Origin: an uncultured delta proteobacterium
GTDB taxonomy: Bacteria > Myxococcota_A > Polyangia > Polyangiales > Polyangiaceae
Reading direction: 5' to 3'
Assembly: GCA_963850305.1 (NCBI GenBank)
Contig: CAWKKR010000008.1
Location: 608,001-672,000, forward strand
DNA length: 64,000 bases
In this document: positions 9,617-19,604 of the stretch, in pieces
Position numbering within the stretch: the first letter of the stretch is position 1
How the letters are laid out: each line of letters opens with the position of its first letter
Notes under the pieces: model-generated
Told to the model about the DNA's origin: nothing
The model's input: the letters and a program-made list of their open reading frames with translations, nothing else
Databases searched by the model: none
Translations under genes and position numbers: made by a program

Positions 9617-10573
9617 GGACGGCCGTCCTCGCGCCGGTTCTTCTTTCGGCCACTCTCGCGTTCGCGATTGCGGTGGTTCGCGGCAATCACGGCATCCGGA
9701 CGACGCGCTACGAAGCGACACGGATTCGCGGCAGCGTATTTCCCGAAATCGCTCGACGACGGGCACCGGGCCACGATCCTCGCGCGGCCACCGAAGCGGA
9801 TTGCCTCTCTGACGGTGACGACGGACGAGATCCTCGCTTGCATTGCCGACCCCGGGCGCATCGTCGCGGTCACGCCGTTCGCCGACGATCCGGCGATCGA
9901 GTTGACGGCAGGACGCGCCCCACCCGGCGCGGCGCGTGTCCGCGGCGTCGACCCCGAGATGCTCATCGCGCTGGAGCCGGATCTGGTGTTCGTCTCGAAC
10001 TTCACGCTCGAGTCGGGCGTGGAGATCCTGTCGGCGGCGTCGATCCCCGTGGTCAGGTTACGCGACACCCGATCGTACGACGACGTCGCGAGCAACGTGC
10101 TCCTCGTCGCGGACGCGCTCGGCTACGTCGGCCGCGGGCAGGCGCTGGTCGCCGAGATGAGAGCGAAGCTCGGCGCCCTTCGAGCAAAGACGGCCGCGCT
10201 CCCGGCGCCGCGTGTCCTTTATTACTCCGCCGTGGACTACACGGCAGGAACGGGCACCCTGGTGGACGAAAAGATCCGTCTCGCGGGAGGGCGGAACGTC
10301 GCCGCCGAGGCGGGCCTCGTGGGATTCGAGAGCGTCGCGCTCGATCTGCTCATCGCGCTCGACCCGGACGTCATCGTCGTGCCGCAGTGGTCGGCGAACG
10401 AGAACCCGACGCGCACGCTGACGGAGAGCGCTGCCTGGCGAGACGTCAGCGCCGTCCGCAACGACCGCGTCTATGCCGTGTCGGCGGCCGCGCTCACGTC
10501 CGAGTCGCCCGAAGGCGTCGCGGGCGTCGAACGACTCGCGCACTTGTTCCATCCCGAGGTGTTCCGGTCGTGA
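9613..10573 (+). CDS. ABC transporter substrate-binding protein (BtuF/FecB family); frameshift ~9742
   Basis: PKRIASL...DEIL, EMLIALEPDLV, AGGRNVA, LIALDPDVI, WRDVSAVRNDRVY; signal peptide lies in another frame from GTG 9613. Confidence 0.85.
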
Positions 10574-11607
10574 CCCGCCGCGCGCCCGCCGCGATTCTGG
10601 GAACCGGCACGGTCGCCCTCGTCGCGTTCATGCTGCTCGGCGTGCAATTCGGCGCCGCTCACGTGGGGGTTGGAAAGCTCGCCGCCGTGGCCGAAGCCGC
10701 GATCGGTATGTCTTCGCATGCCGCATTCCGGCCCTGGGAAGCGACCATCCTGCTTTACGTGCGCTTGCCGAGAGTCGTGACGGGCGCGTTCGTCGGCGCG
10801 GGCCTCGCCATCACGGGTGCGGCACTCCAGGCACTGTTCCGGAATCCGCTCGCCGATCCCGGGGTTCTCGGGGTGGCCTCCGGCGCGTCGCTCGGAGCGG
10901 TGACCGCCATGCAACTCGGCCTCGCGTCCGCGACGGCATGGGCAATCCCCGGCTTCGCCGTCGCGTTCGCGGGCGGAACGGCCTTCGCGATCTATGCCAT
11001 CGCGTCGCGCCGCGGGCACCTCCCGGTCGGCACCTTGCTGCTCGCGGGCGTCGCGCTCGGCAGCCTCGCGAGCGCGCTGACGACCCTCCTTCTGTCCGTC
11101 TCGCTCGAAGAATACGACCGCGGTCGCGAGATATTCCGCTGGTTGATGGGGGGCCTCGAAGCGCGCACGTGGAGCGACGTCTGCCTCGTCGCTCCGGCGA
11201 CGCTGGTCGGCTCGGTAGTCGTGCTCGCGTCGTCGCGAGAGCTCGATGCGCTGCTGCTGGGCGAGACCGAGGCCGTCGCGCTCGGGGTGGACGTGCCTCG
11301 CGTCCGGCGCCGGCTCATCTTCGCCACTTCGCTGATCGTGGGCGCCGCCGTCGCCGTGTCGGGCGTGATCGGTTTCGTGGGCCTCGTCATTCCGCACCTC
11401 GTCCGCCTGTTCATCGGACCGTCGCACAGCGTGCTCTTGCCGGCGTCGGCCGTCTTCGGCGCAGCCTTCGTGGTGGGCGCCGATCTCCTGTGCCGGACGG
11501 TCGTCGCGCCCGAGGAGATTCGCCTCGGCGTGATGACGGCGAGCCTCGGCGCGCCGTTCTTCCTGTTCTTGCTCTTGACGCGGAAGCGGGAAATATCCAT
11601 CGAATGA
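10570..11607 (+). CDS. FecCD/BtuC-family ABC permease
   Basis: RLPRV, LQALFRNPLADPGVLGV, LGETEAVALG, GVIGFVGLVIPH, LGAPFFLFLL. Confidence 0.93.
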   Translation: MTRRAPAAILGTGTVALVAFMLLGVQFGAAHVGVGKLAAVAEAAIGMSSHAAFRPWEATILLYVRLPRVVTGAFVGAGLAITGAALQALFRNPLADPGVLGVASGASLGAVTAMQLGLASATAWAIPGFAVAFAGGTAFAIYAIASRRGHLPVGTLLLAGVALGSLASALTTLLLSVSLEEYDRGREIFRWLMGGLEARTWSDVCLVAPATLVGSVVVLASSRELDALLLGETEAVALGVDVPRVRRRLIFATSLIVGAAVAVSGVIGFVGLVIPHLVRLFIGPSHSVLLPASAVFGAAFVVGADLLCRTVVAPEEIRLGVMTASLGAPFFLFLLLTRKREISIE

Positions 11608-12434
11608 CGTCGCTGCTCGAGTGCCGCGACCTCGCTTTCGCGTACGGTGACCGACCCGTCCTCGACGGCGTGACGCTCTCGCTGGCGCGCGGCGAGCTGG
11701 TGGCGCTCGTCGGCCCGAACGGCGCGGGAAAGAGCACGTTGCTTCACGTCCTTCTCGGGCTCCGGCACGTCGAGCGCGGCGGCGTGTTCTCGTCGGGGGA
11801 ACCCCTCTCGTCCCTGTCCCGGCGCGAGGTCGCCCGCCGGATCGCGTTCGTCCCACAGGAGACGCGCAACGACTTCGACTTCACCGTCCGCGAGCTGGTC
11901 GCGATGGGGCGCATGCCGCATCTGGGTCGCTTCGAGCCCGAGCGCAGGACCGACGTCGAGGCCATCGAGCGCGCGCTCGAGCTGACCGAGACGCGCCGGT
12001 TTTCCGACCGCACCCTTTCCGAGCTCTCGGGCGGCGAGCGCCAGCGAGTCCACATTGCACGCGCCATCGCCCAGGAAACCGACGTTCTCCTTCTCGACGA
12101 ACCCACGGCGAACCTGGACGTCGCGCATCAGCTCGAAGTGATGTCCCTCATTCGAAGGCTGGTGCGCGCGGGGAAGGCCGCGGCCATCGCGCTTCACGAT
12201 CTATCGCTCGCGGCGCGCTTCGGGGACCGTATCGTCGTGCTCGGCGAGGGCCGTCTGGTTGCCGACGGAAACCCGGCAGACGTAATCACGGAGCCCATGC
12301 TCGAGCGATATTTTCGCATCCGAGCGCGCATCGAGCGCGACCCGGTCGACGGCGGGGTCCTGGTGGTCCCGCTGTCGCCGCTGGCGGCTCCCGAGCTCGA
12401 GAGCGAGCGAAGAAAATCCGCCGGCGTGCTATGA
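11604..12434 (+). CDS. ABC ATP-binding protein (BtuD/FepC/HmuV family)
   Basis: GPNGAGKS, LSGGERQR, LLLDEPTANLD, LHDL. Confidence 0.95.
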   Translation: MTSLLECRDLAFAYGDRPVLDGVTLSLARGELVALVGPNGAGKSTLLHVLLGLRHVERGGVFSSGEPLSSLSRREVARRIAFVPQETRNDFDFTVRELVAMGRMPHLGRFEPERRTDVEAIERALELTETRRFSDRTLSELSGGERQRVHIARAIAQETDVLLLDEPTANLDVAHQLEVMSLIRRLVRAGKAAAIALHDLSLAARFGDRIVVLGEGRLVADGNPADVITEPMLERYFRIRARIERDPVDGGVLVVPLSPLAAPELESERRKSAGVL

Positions 12435-12449
12435 AAGGGCTGGTTTCCC

Positions 12450-13541
12450 ATGGCCGGACGAGACCAGCGCGAGCACGTGAGGGTGGACGCGTCTTTTCGC
12501 GTCCGCTCCACCGCGCTCGATCCGGACGCGCTGTGGGGAGGCAACGTCTCTCGCGGCGGCATCTTCGTGAAGACGACGCGCTTCCTGCGCATGAACGCCG
12601 TGATCCGACTGTCCATCGAAGCTCCGGAAGCGGGCATCGCGATCCCCGCGACCTGCCGCGTCGCGTTCATACGGGACGCCGCGGAGGCGGTGACCTCCGG
12701 CAAGCCCGCGGGCATGGGACTCGAACTGCTCGACCTCGCCGAGCGCGATCGCCCCATGCTGGAGAAGCTCCTCGCGGGACGACACTCCAAAGAAACGACG
12801 CCGGCGCCCCCTGAAGCTCCGGAAACGTTGCGCGTCGTCGTGGTCGACGATGACGCGCGCTATCGCGAGCTCGCGGCCGAACCCTTCCGGAAACGCGGCG
12901 ATACCGTGTACGCGACCTCCGACGGCCTCGAAGCGCTCGCCCTCTGCATCAAGGACCCGCCCGACATCATTCTGAGCGACGTGCAGATGCCGCGGATGGA
13001 CGGGTGGCAGCTGCTGCGGCTGATCCGTGCTCGCCCCGCGCTTTCCGGAGTGCCCGTGGTGTTCCTGACATCGCTCGGCGGCGAATCGGAGCGCCTCCTC
13101 GGCTATCAGCTCGGCGTGGACGCGTATCTCCCGAAACCGTACGACCCTGCCGAGTTGCTGGTACGGGCGCATCAGATTGTCCGTCGCGCTCGCGCTTCCG
13201 AGAGCGCGCGGTCGTCGCGGACCACGTTGCGCGGCGAGATCGAACACGTGGGACTGTCGTCGCTCCTCACGTTCCTCGAGATCGAGCGGAAGACCGGCGT
13301 GCTGCTCGTCATCGGCAACGACGTCTCGCGACTCTTCTTCTCGGGCGGGCGCCTGCTTCGCGCGGAAGTGGAAGGCGGTTCCGGCGAGTCGCCGAGAAAA
13401 ACGGCGATGCGGGTGCTGGACGCGACCAGCGGCCAGTTCGAGTTCACCTCCGAGGAAGTGAACCCCGAGGATCAACTCGGGACGTCGGTGACGGCGCTGT
13501 TGCTCGAACACGCGCACCTGACGGACGAGCGGAAGCGCTGA
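12450..13541 (+). CDS. PilZ + receiver + DUF4388-like signalling protein
   Basis: REHVR...NVSRGG; VVVDDD...SDVQMPRMDG...KP; LRGEIEHVGLSSLLTFLEIERKTG. Confidence 0.88.
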   Translation: MAGRDQREHVRVDASFRVRSTALDPDALWGGNVSRGGIFVKTTRFLRMNAVIRLSIEAPEAGIAIPATCRVAFIRDAAEAVTSGKPAGMGLELLDLAERDRPMLEKLLAGRHSKETTPAPPEAPETLRVVVVDDDARYRELAAEPFRKRGDTVYATSDGLEALALCIKDPPDIILSDVQMPRMDGWQLLRLIRARPALSGVPVVFLTSLGGESERLLGYQLGVDAYLPKPYDPAELLVRAHQIVRRARASESARSSRTTLRGEIEHVGLSSLLTFLEIERKTGVLLVIGNDVSRLFFSGGRLLRAEVEGGSGESPRKTAMRVLDATSGQFEFTSEEVNPEDQLGTSVTALLLEHAHLTDERKR

Positions 13542-13624
13542 AAATGGCTCGTGCCGTTGACACCGCGGCGCACCCGAGGCTACTGCGATGTGCATGAGGT
13601 AGCCGCAGCCGAAAATATCTAGAA

Positions 13625-13799
13625 TCGTTCAGCTGCCCATTCAGGGCATAAAAGGGAAGCCGGTGCGAAGCCGGCGCGGTCCCGCCACTGTAAGTGGGAA
13701 GGTTCGAGCATCGACGCCACTCGACACGTTCGGGGAAGGCTGCTCGGAACCGCCGGGGGAAACCTCGAGACCCGCGAGCCAGGAGACCTAGCTGAACGA
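13625..13799 (+). ncRNA. Cobalamin (B12) riboswitch
   Basis: AAAGGGAAgccGGTGcgAAgCCggcGCggtCCCGCCACTGTAA, GCCACT, GGGAAGGC and B12-box GAGCCAGGAGACCT; closing helix TCGTTCAGCT (13625-34)/AGCTGAACGA (13790-99). Confidence 0.95.
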
Positions 13800-13860
13800 A
13801 GGGCAGCTCGACCCGCGTGGAAACGGGTGGCTCACCCGAGCTCTCTATGGAGTTTCGTGT

Positions 13861-13893
13861 GACCCCTCGTTCCCGCTGGTCGAGGGGTTTTTT
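13861..13893 (+). terminator. Intrinsic terminator (riboswitch attenuator)
   Basis: GACCCCTCG-N11-CGAGGGGTT stem with a 6-T run, between aptamer and first ORF. Confidence 0.8.
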
Positions 13894-13962
13894 CGTTCAT
13901 GGGGAACGGAGAGCCCGGCTCCCGATTGGTGCCGTCGAAAGAACGGCCCAGTGGAGACGAGC

Positions 13963-15430
13963 ATGAAACTGAATGACAAGTGGTATGGCCAGGTGCTGTT
14001 TGCAGTCATCGCCGCGAGCGCGCTAGCCGCGCCCGCCTGCAGTTCGTCGGACAAGAAGCAGACGGGAGCCGATGCCGGCGCGAACGATGCCGGAGCTGGA
14101 GGCCAAGCAACGGGAGCGGGAGGCTCAGCCGGCAGCAGCACTGGGGGGGCATCGACGGGAGCGGGAGGCTCGGCCGGCAGCAGCACCGGGGGTGGATCGA
14201 CGGGAACCGGAGGTGCCCGGGCGTACGTCGATGCGTCCACGGACGCTTCTGATGGGGCAACCGTCACGCAGCCGGACGACGCGGGGCCGAGCGCCGCCTC
14301 GACCCTTTGCGCGGGAGCCAGCAGGCCCGACGCGGGCACGGCGCCGCACGTACTTCTCGTCGCGGGAACGGATTACGTCACCACGACGGAAACGGCCGCG
14401 ATCGATCTCGACCACGGATGTGTCCTTGGCCGAAGCTCCGTCGCGGATGGCGACGCGATCGCCGCGACGAGCTCGGGCCGCGGTTTCACCCTCGAGCGCA
14501 GCAACGGCGCGCTCGACGTACTGGCCGCGAACGGAGCGGTCGAGACCCGCATCGATCTCCACACCGACGATGGCGGACCGACCTACCTGGACCCGCACGC
14601 CGTCGTCGTACCCGGTCCGGGCTCGACGAAAGCTTACGTTGCGCTCTTCGGCGGCGACGGCATCGCCGTCGTGGATCTCGCCGGGAAGGCCGACGCGCAC
14701 ACGATCGATCTGTCGTCGATGGTCGCTTCGAACGACGCGGACGGGTCCGCGGACGCGGACGGCGGCTTCTACGACGCCGCCACCGGACGCGTCGATTTCG
14801 TCCTCGAGCGCATCGATCAAACGACGATCGCGCCGCCGAACTACGAACTTGCTTGCCCGACCGTACCGGCGGAGCTCATCGCCATCGACCCCGCGAGCGA
14901 CTCGCTGATCGATCTCAACGGCGCGAGCGCCGGAGTGGGCATAGATCTGACGCTCGTGGCGCCGACGGACATCGCCGTGGACGCGACGAATCGCACTCTC
15001 TACCTTGCAGACAACGGGTGCTTCGCCGGCCCTGACGGCGGAGCCGTCCGCGTCCATCACGGCGTGGAAGCCGTGAACCTGGACACGCTGCAGGCGCGCG
15101 TCGTGTACGCGCCGACGACGCAGGATCTCGTCAACGGGCTCGTGCTCCTCGGCTCCGACTCGAGCGCGCTCGACACTTACGACACGCTCTACGTCGAACA
15201 CTGGACCCTCCTCGACACGACCACGGGCACACTCGGCGCAGCGCTTGCCGGGGTCCCGCAGGGCGCGGTCGCGGAGAGCCCCGGCTCGATTCGTCGGCGT
15301 CAACGTCGTGGACCAGGTGCGCGCGGAGGTCGTCCGCTATTCCGTCGCGACGCAGACCTCGACGATTGTAACCGAGCGTCCCTGGTCGACGCTCGTCACG
15401 GGTGTGTCGAACACCGCGGTCCTCCGGTGA
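13963..15430 (+). CDS. B12-regulated lipoprotein, probable beta-propeller (YncE-like); frameshift ~15290
   Basis: Lipobox APAC, G/S/T linker with 45-bp duplication, DPH...KAYV...TIDLS blade-like pattern; C-terminus in frame of ORF 15245..15430. Confidence 0.75.
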
Positions 15431-15434
15431 CCCG

Positions 15435-16307
15435 ATGACGCGGTCGCGAACGTGGGACCTCTCGATCCTTCATGGCGCGGCGCGCGCGACGCCGATGTTG
15501 CTCCCGCTCGCGCTTGCTTCGTGCTCGTCCAGTCCGGCCGTCCACGAGGACGCCAGTCGCATCGCCCGCGACGCTTCTCCGGACGCCCTCGTGAACGACG
15601 CCGGAGCTGCCGACGCCGCCGCCCACCGAGCGCTCGACGGCGCGGAGTCGCTTTCACCGGAAACGGACGGCGCGATCAGGGATGCGGGCTCGTTTCCGGA
15701 GTCGGACGCCGCGACAGGCGATGGCGGCTTCGTGTGCCACGGACCTGGCGCTCGTTTCGCGACGGGCGTGATCGGACATCAGTGGGGGCCCGGACAGGAC
15801 ACGGGACAGAATCTGTTCCCGACGCCCGTGCTCGGACCGCCGGAAGGCGGCGGCGCGTGTCAGGGATCGACCGACACGATCTCTCTCGGCAACGGCGGAT
15901 GGATCGCGCTCGAATTCGCGGGCAACGAGATCGTGGACGGGCCGGGGCCGGACTTCATCGTGTTCGAGAACCCCTTCGAGATCGACTGCGACCCGTCGAA
16001 CATCTTCGCGGAGCTCGGCACCGTCTCCGTGAGCGAGGACGGCGTGACGTGGAAGGACTTTCCGTGCACCGCGACGCAACCGCCGTACGGCCTCTGCAGC
16101 GGGTGGCACGTCGTCTACGCGAACGCCGAGACCAACACGATCGATCCGACGGACCCGGCCGTCGCGGGCGGCGATGCGTACGACCTGGCGGACATCGGCG
16201 TCCACGTCGCTCGCTACGTCAAGGTCACCGATCGGCCAGACCTGGTCGGAGAGAACGGCGTGTACGATCTCGACGCGGTGAGCATCGTGCATCCGATGTG
16301 CCCGTGA
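15435..16307 (+). CDS. B12-regulated cell-surface lipoprotein
   Basis: Lipobox LASC; SLGNGGWI, GPGPDFIVFENPF, ELGTVSVSEDG, GGDAYDLAD, YDLDAV motifs. Confidence 0.8.
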   Translation: MTRSRTWDLSILHGAARATPMLLPLALASCSSSPAVHEDASRIARDASPDALVNDAGAADAAAHRALDGAESLSPETDGAIRDAGSFPESDAATGDGGFVCHGPGARFATGVIGHQWGPGQDTGQNLFPTPVLGPPEGGGACQGSTDTISLGNGGWIALEFAGNEIVDGPGPDFIVFENPFEIDCDPSNIFAELGTVSVSEDGVTWKDFPCTATQPPYGLCSGWHVVYANAETNTIDPTDPAVAGGDAYDLADIGVHVARYVKVTDRPDLVGENGVYDLDAVSIVHPMCP

Positions 16308-18283
16308 CCCGGAAGCTCGCCTCGATGGGCGCCCGTCGCGGCGCGGCTTGCCTGGTGCTGGTCGCGACGGCAGCGCGAGCCGCAGATGCGCCGCCGACCG
16401 ATGACGTCGTCGTACACGGCGCGCGACCGGCGGCAGGCCCGCGCGACGACACGGCCGCGTCCACCGTCGTTGCCGGAGAAGCGCTGGAGGCACCCGGCAC
16501 GAGCTCCGCGGACGTCCTCGCGCGCGTGCCCGGCGTCGAGGTCTCGCGCACGGGATCCTCGTCGGACCTGGCGACGGCGGCAATCCGCGGCGCGACCAGC
16601 GCCGAGACCCCTGTGTACCTCGCCGGCATCCGGCTGAACGACGACGTCACGGGTACGGCCGATCTGTCGACCATCCCGCTGTTCATGATCGATCGCGTCG
16701 AGGTGTACCGTGGCAACGCCCCGCTCGCCGCCGATCGGCTCGGCATCGGCGGGGCCGTCTTTTTCGAACCCCGGTTCCCGTCGAAGACCCAGGTCACCGC
16801 GGGGCTCGGCGCCGGCAGCTTCGGCGAGCGCGCAGCGTGGGCGACGGCCGCGGCGGGGGACGACCACGCGGCGGCGCTCTTCGCCATACGACACGACGGT
16901 GCCGAGAACGATTTCCCTTATCGCGACGACGACGGCAACGTGCTCACGCGGCACAACGCGGACTTCGAGGCGACCGATGCCTGGGCCCTCGCGCGCTTCA
17001 GGTTCGACGACGGGATCCGCGTCACGGCCCTCGCGCATGCGTACGACCGCGATCAGGGCTCGCCCGGTGTGGCTCCGCTCGAGAACGACGCGGCGCGCAC
17101 TCGCGTCGAACGACTTCAGGGCGCAGTCTCGGCGCGCATCCCGTGCGGACACGACGCGGCAGGCGTCGAGAGCTGCGCACTGGAACTCGTCACGAGCGGC
17201 ATTCACGCGACCTCCGTCGTGACCGACCCGCTCGGGACGCTCGTCGGCGGACCCTTCGTTGCGACGACCGGAGAGCGGCTCGAACAAGAGGCACGCGTGA
17301 CGGCACGCGCAGGCGACGCGTGGACGTTCGGCGGCTCCGCGGTCGTCTCGGACGAGCACATCGACCTTGCACGACCGTCCGCGACGACGCGCGCGGGCCG
17401 CATCACCCTGCGCCCCGCGGCGACCGCGTCGTTCCGCCCGATCTCGACCACGGAACTGGTCGCTACCGGGACGGTCGAGTGCCACTCCACCGCGTCCGGC
17501 GACGAGAGCACGAGCGCGTGCCCGTCGCCCGAGCCGTCCGGTCGCGTCGGACTGCGACAGACCCTCGGCAGTGCCGCCGAGCTGCGCGGGAACGTCGGTT
17601 ACTACGTCCGTGTCCCGACCCTCGGCGAGCTCTACGGCGTCTCCACCGTGGTCCGCGGCAATCCCGCCCTCGTCCCCGAGTCGGGCGCAACTGCTGACCT
17701 CGGCGTCCACGCGCACGGCGAAGCCGGACGTCTCGGCCTGAACGCGGACGTCTTCGGCTTCGCCCGGAGCGTCGAAGATCTCGTCGCATACCGGCAAAAC
17801 GTCCTCGGCGTGATCGTGCCTTACAACGTCGGTCACGCACGCGTCCTCGGCGCGGAGATCGCCGCGAGCGCCAACTGGTCGCGCTTCGTGCGCACCGAGC
17901 TCGCCGCCACGCTCATGGACCCCCGCGACACGACCCCCGATCGCACCGTCGCAAACGACATCTTACCGTTCCGGTCGCGACTCGTGCTCTCGGACTTCAC
18001 GGAACTCTACGCCGAGGACGGGGTTCCCCGGTTCGGCGTGAATCGAGCCTCCATCGGCGTTCGACTCACCGAGCGGACGTCGCGTTACGCGGATGAAGCC
18101 GGGCTCATCGTCATTCCCGAACAGACGATCTTCGACGTGGAAGGGTCGCTGCACTTCTGGAACCGACGGCTCGCCGTGCGCCTCGCCGTGCGCGACGTCT
18201 TCGACGCGCGCGAGGTCGACGCAATCGGTCTTCCGCTCCCCGGTCGCGGCGCGTACGCCAGCCTGGAGGCTCGGGTCCCATGA
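16304..18283 (+). CDS. btuB: TonB-dependent receptor, probable cobalamin receptor
   Basis: Plug motifs DVLARVPGV, AIRG, DLSTIP..IDRVEVYRG; PTLGELY, GNPALVPE, LPGR; downstream of a B12 riboswitch. Confidence 0.85.
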   Translation: MTRKLASMGARRGAACLVLVATAARAADAPPTDDVVVHGARPAAGPRDDTAASTVVAGEALEAPGTSSADVLARVPGVEVSRTGSSSDLATAAIRGATSAETPVYLAGIRLNDDVTGTADLSTIPLFMIDRVEVYRGNAPLAADRLGIGGAVFFEPRFPSKTQVTAGLGAGSFGERAAWATAAAGDDHAAALFAIRHDGAENDFPYRDDDGNVLTRHNADFEATDAWALARFRFDDGIRVTALAHAYDRDQGSPGVAPLENDAARTRVERLQGAVSARIPCGHDAAGVESCALELVTSGIHATSVVTDPLGTLVGGPFVATTGERLEQEARVTARAGDAWTFGGSAVVSDEHIDLARPSATTRAGRITLRPAATASFRPISTTELVATGTVECHSTASGDESTSACPSPEPSGRVGLRQTLGSAAELRGNVGYYVRVPTLGELYGVSTVVRGNPALVPESGATADLGVHAHGEAGRLGLNADVFGFARSVEDLVAYRQNVLGVIVPYNVGHARVLGAEIAASANWSRFVRTELAATLMDPRDTTPDRTVANDILPFRSRLVLSDFTELYAEDGVPRFGVNRASIGVRLTERTSRYADEAGLIVIPEQTIFDVEGSLHFWNRRLAVRLAVRDVFDAREVDAIGLPLPGRGAYASLEARVP

Positions 18284-19560
18284 AACGCGTCTCACTCACC
18301 TTGTGCCTCGTCGCGTGCAACGTGCCCGTGCCGCACGGCTCTCACGGAGTCACGATTGACGGCGGCGCGGATGCGTCCAGCTCGAGGGACGGCTCCGCCG
18401 GCGCGTGCGGCCGCGGCATCGTGGTCGTCGAGCAAGGGAGCGGGTTCGCATCGACCAACGTCGGCCTCGTCGCTGCCGACGGCACCGTGCTGTCCGGTTC
18501 GATCGCGTCGAGCGCAACGGCGTCCGTCGGGCTCTCAGCGCCGCTCAGCGGCGACGTCGTCCCTCCGACGGATCCGGTGCTCGGCAGCGAGATTGTCCTC
18601 ATCGATCAAGCTCAAAGCACCAACCGTATCGTCTGGGTCGACGTCGCGACCGCCGCGCGCCGCACGCTCTCCGTCGAGACCGGCTTCTGGTCGGATCCTT
18701 CGGACTATGTCCAGCTCTCGCCGCACAAGGCGTACGTCCCCCGCCTGGGTCAGAACGCGACCCCGGGCGAGCAACCCTTCGACATGGGGAGCGACGTCCT
18801 GGTCGTCGATCCGACGTCGCTCGCCGTCACGGGTTCCATAAATCTGCGTCCGGCACTCGGAAGCGACGCCTCGGACGCGCTTCCGGACGCAAACAAGATC
18901 ACCGTCGTGAAAGGCCGGGCCTTCGTCCTGCTCGGGGCCCTGGCTCCGGAAACCTTCTCGGCGAGCATCCCCTCGCGTCTCGTGACGCTCGACGTGGAAA
19001 CGGATGCCATCACGAGCGTCCTCACTCTCGACGGCTTCGAGAACTGCACCGGCCTCGCGACGTCTCCTTCCCAGAATACACTCGCGATCTTCTGCTCTGG
19101 CGAAGGCAGCATCCAGAACGATCCCACGGACGTCACGGGCTCCGGCATCGTCGTGCTCGACATCTCCGGCACCCCGCGGATGACTTCCAGCATCCCCGCG
19201 GCTCGCATCGGCAACAATCGTGTGGGCTTCTACGGCGACTTCGCGTCGGAAGACGCGCTCGTGGTCCAGACCTTCGGCTACACCGACGCTACCTCGGGCG
19301 TCACTCTCTCGACGGACACCCTGAATCGCATCGAGCTCGCGACGGGCACGTCCGAGCTCGTCCTAGACGGCGATCCGTTCACGATCGGCGGAGTGGCCTG
19401 TCTGCCGGATTGTGGCACGTGCTTCGTCGCCGACGCCGGTCGACAGGGCGGGATCGTGCACCGCTTCGCCCTCGACGCGGCCGGCGAGCTCTCCGACGAC
19501 ACGCCCATCAAAGTCGAAACGAACCCCGGATTGCCCCCGCAGACGCTCGGCAAGTTCTGA
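18280..19560 (+). CDS. Second B12-regulated beta-propeller-like lipoprotein
   Basis: Lipobox LVAC; DPSDY..SPHKAYV...SINL; translationally coupled to btuB. Confidence 0.8.
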   Translation: MKRVSLTLCLVACNVPVPHGSHGVTIDGGADASSSRDGSAGACGRGIVVVEQGSGFASTNVGLVAADGTVLSGSIASSATASVGLSAPLSGDVVPPTDPVLGSEIVLIDQAQSTNRIVWVDVATAARRTLSVETGFWSDPSDYVQLSPHKAYVPRLGQNATPGEQPFDMGSDVLVVDPTSLAVTGSINLRPALGSDASDALPDANKITVVKGRAFVLLGALAPETFSASIPSRLVTLDVETDAITSVLTLDGFENCTGLATSPSQNTLAIFCSGEGSIQNDPTDVTGSGIVVLDISGTPRMTSSIPAARIGNNRVGFYGDFASEDALVVQTFGYTDATSGVTLSTDTLNRIELATGTSELVLDGDPFTIGGVACLPDCGTCFVADAGRQGGIVHRFALDAAGELSDDTPIKVETNPGLPPQTLGKF

Positions 19561-19604
19561 CGGCCAACGGCACGCGAGCACTCGTCGTCAGCGCGTGTGC
19601 GAGC

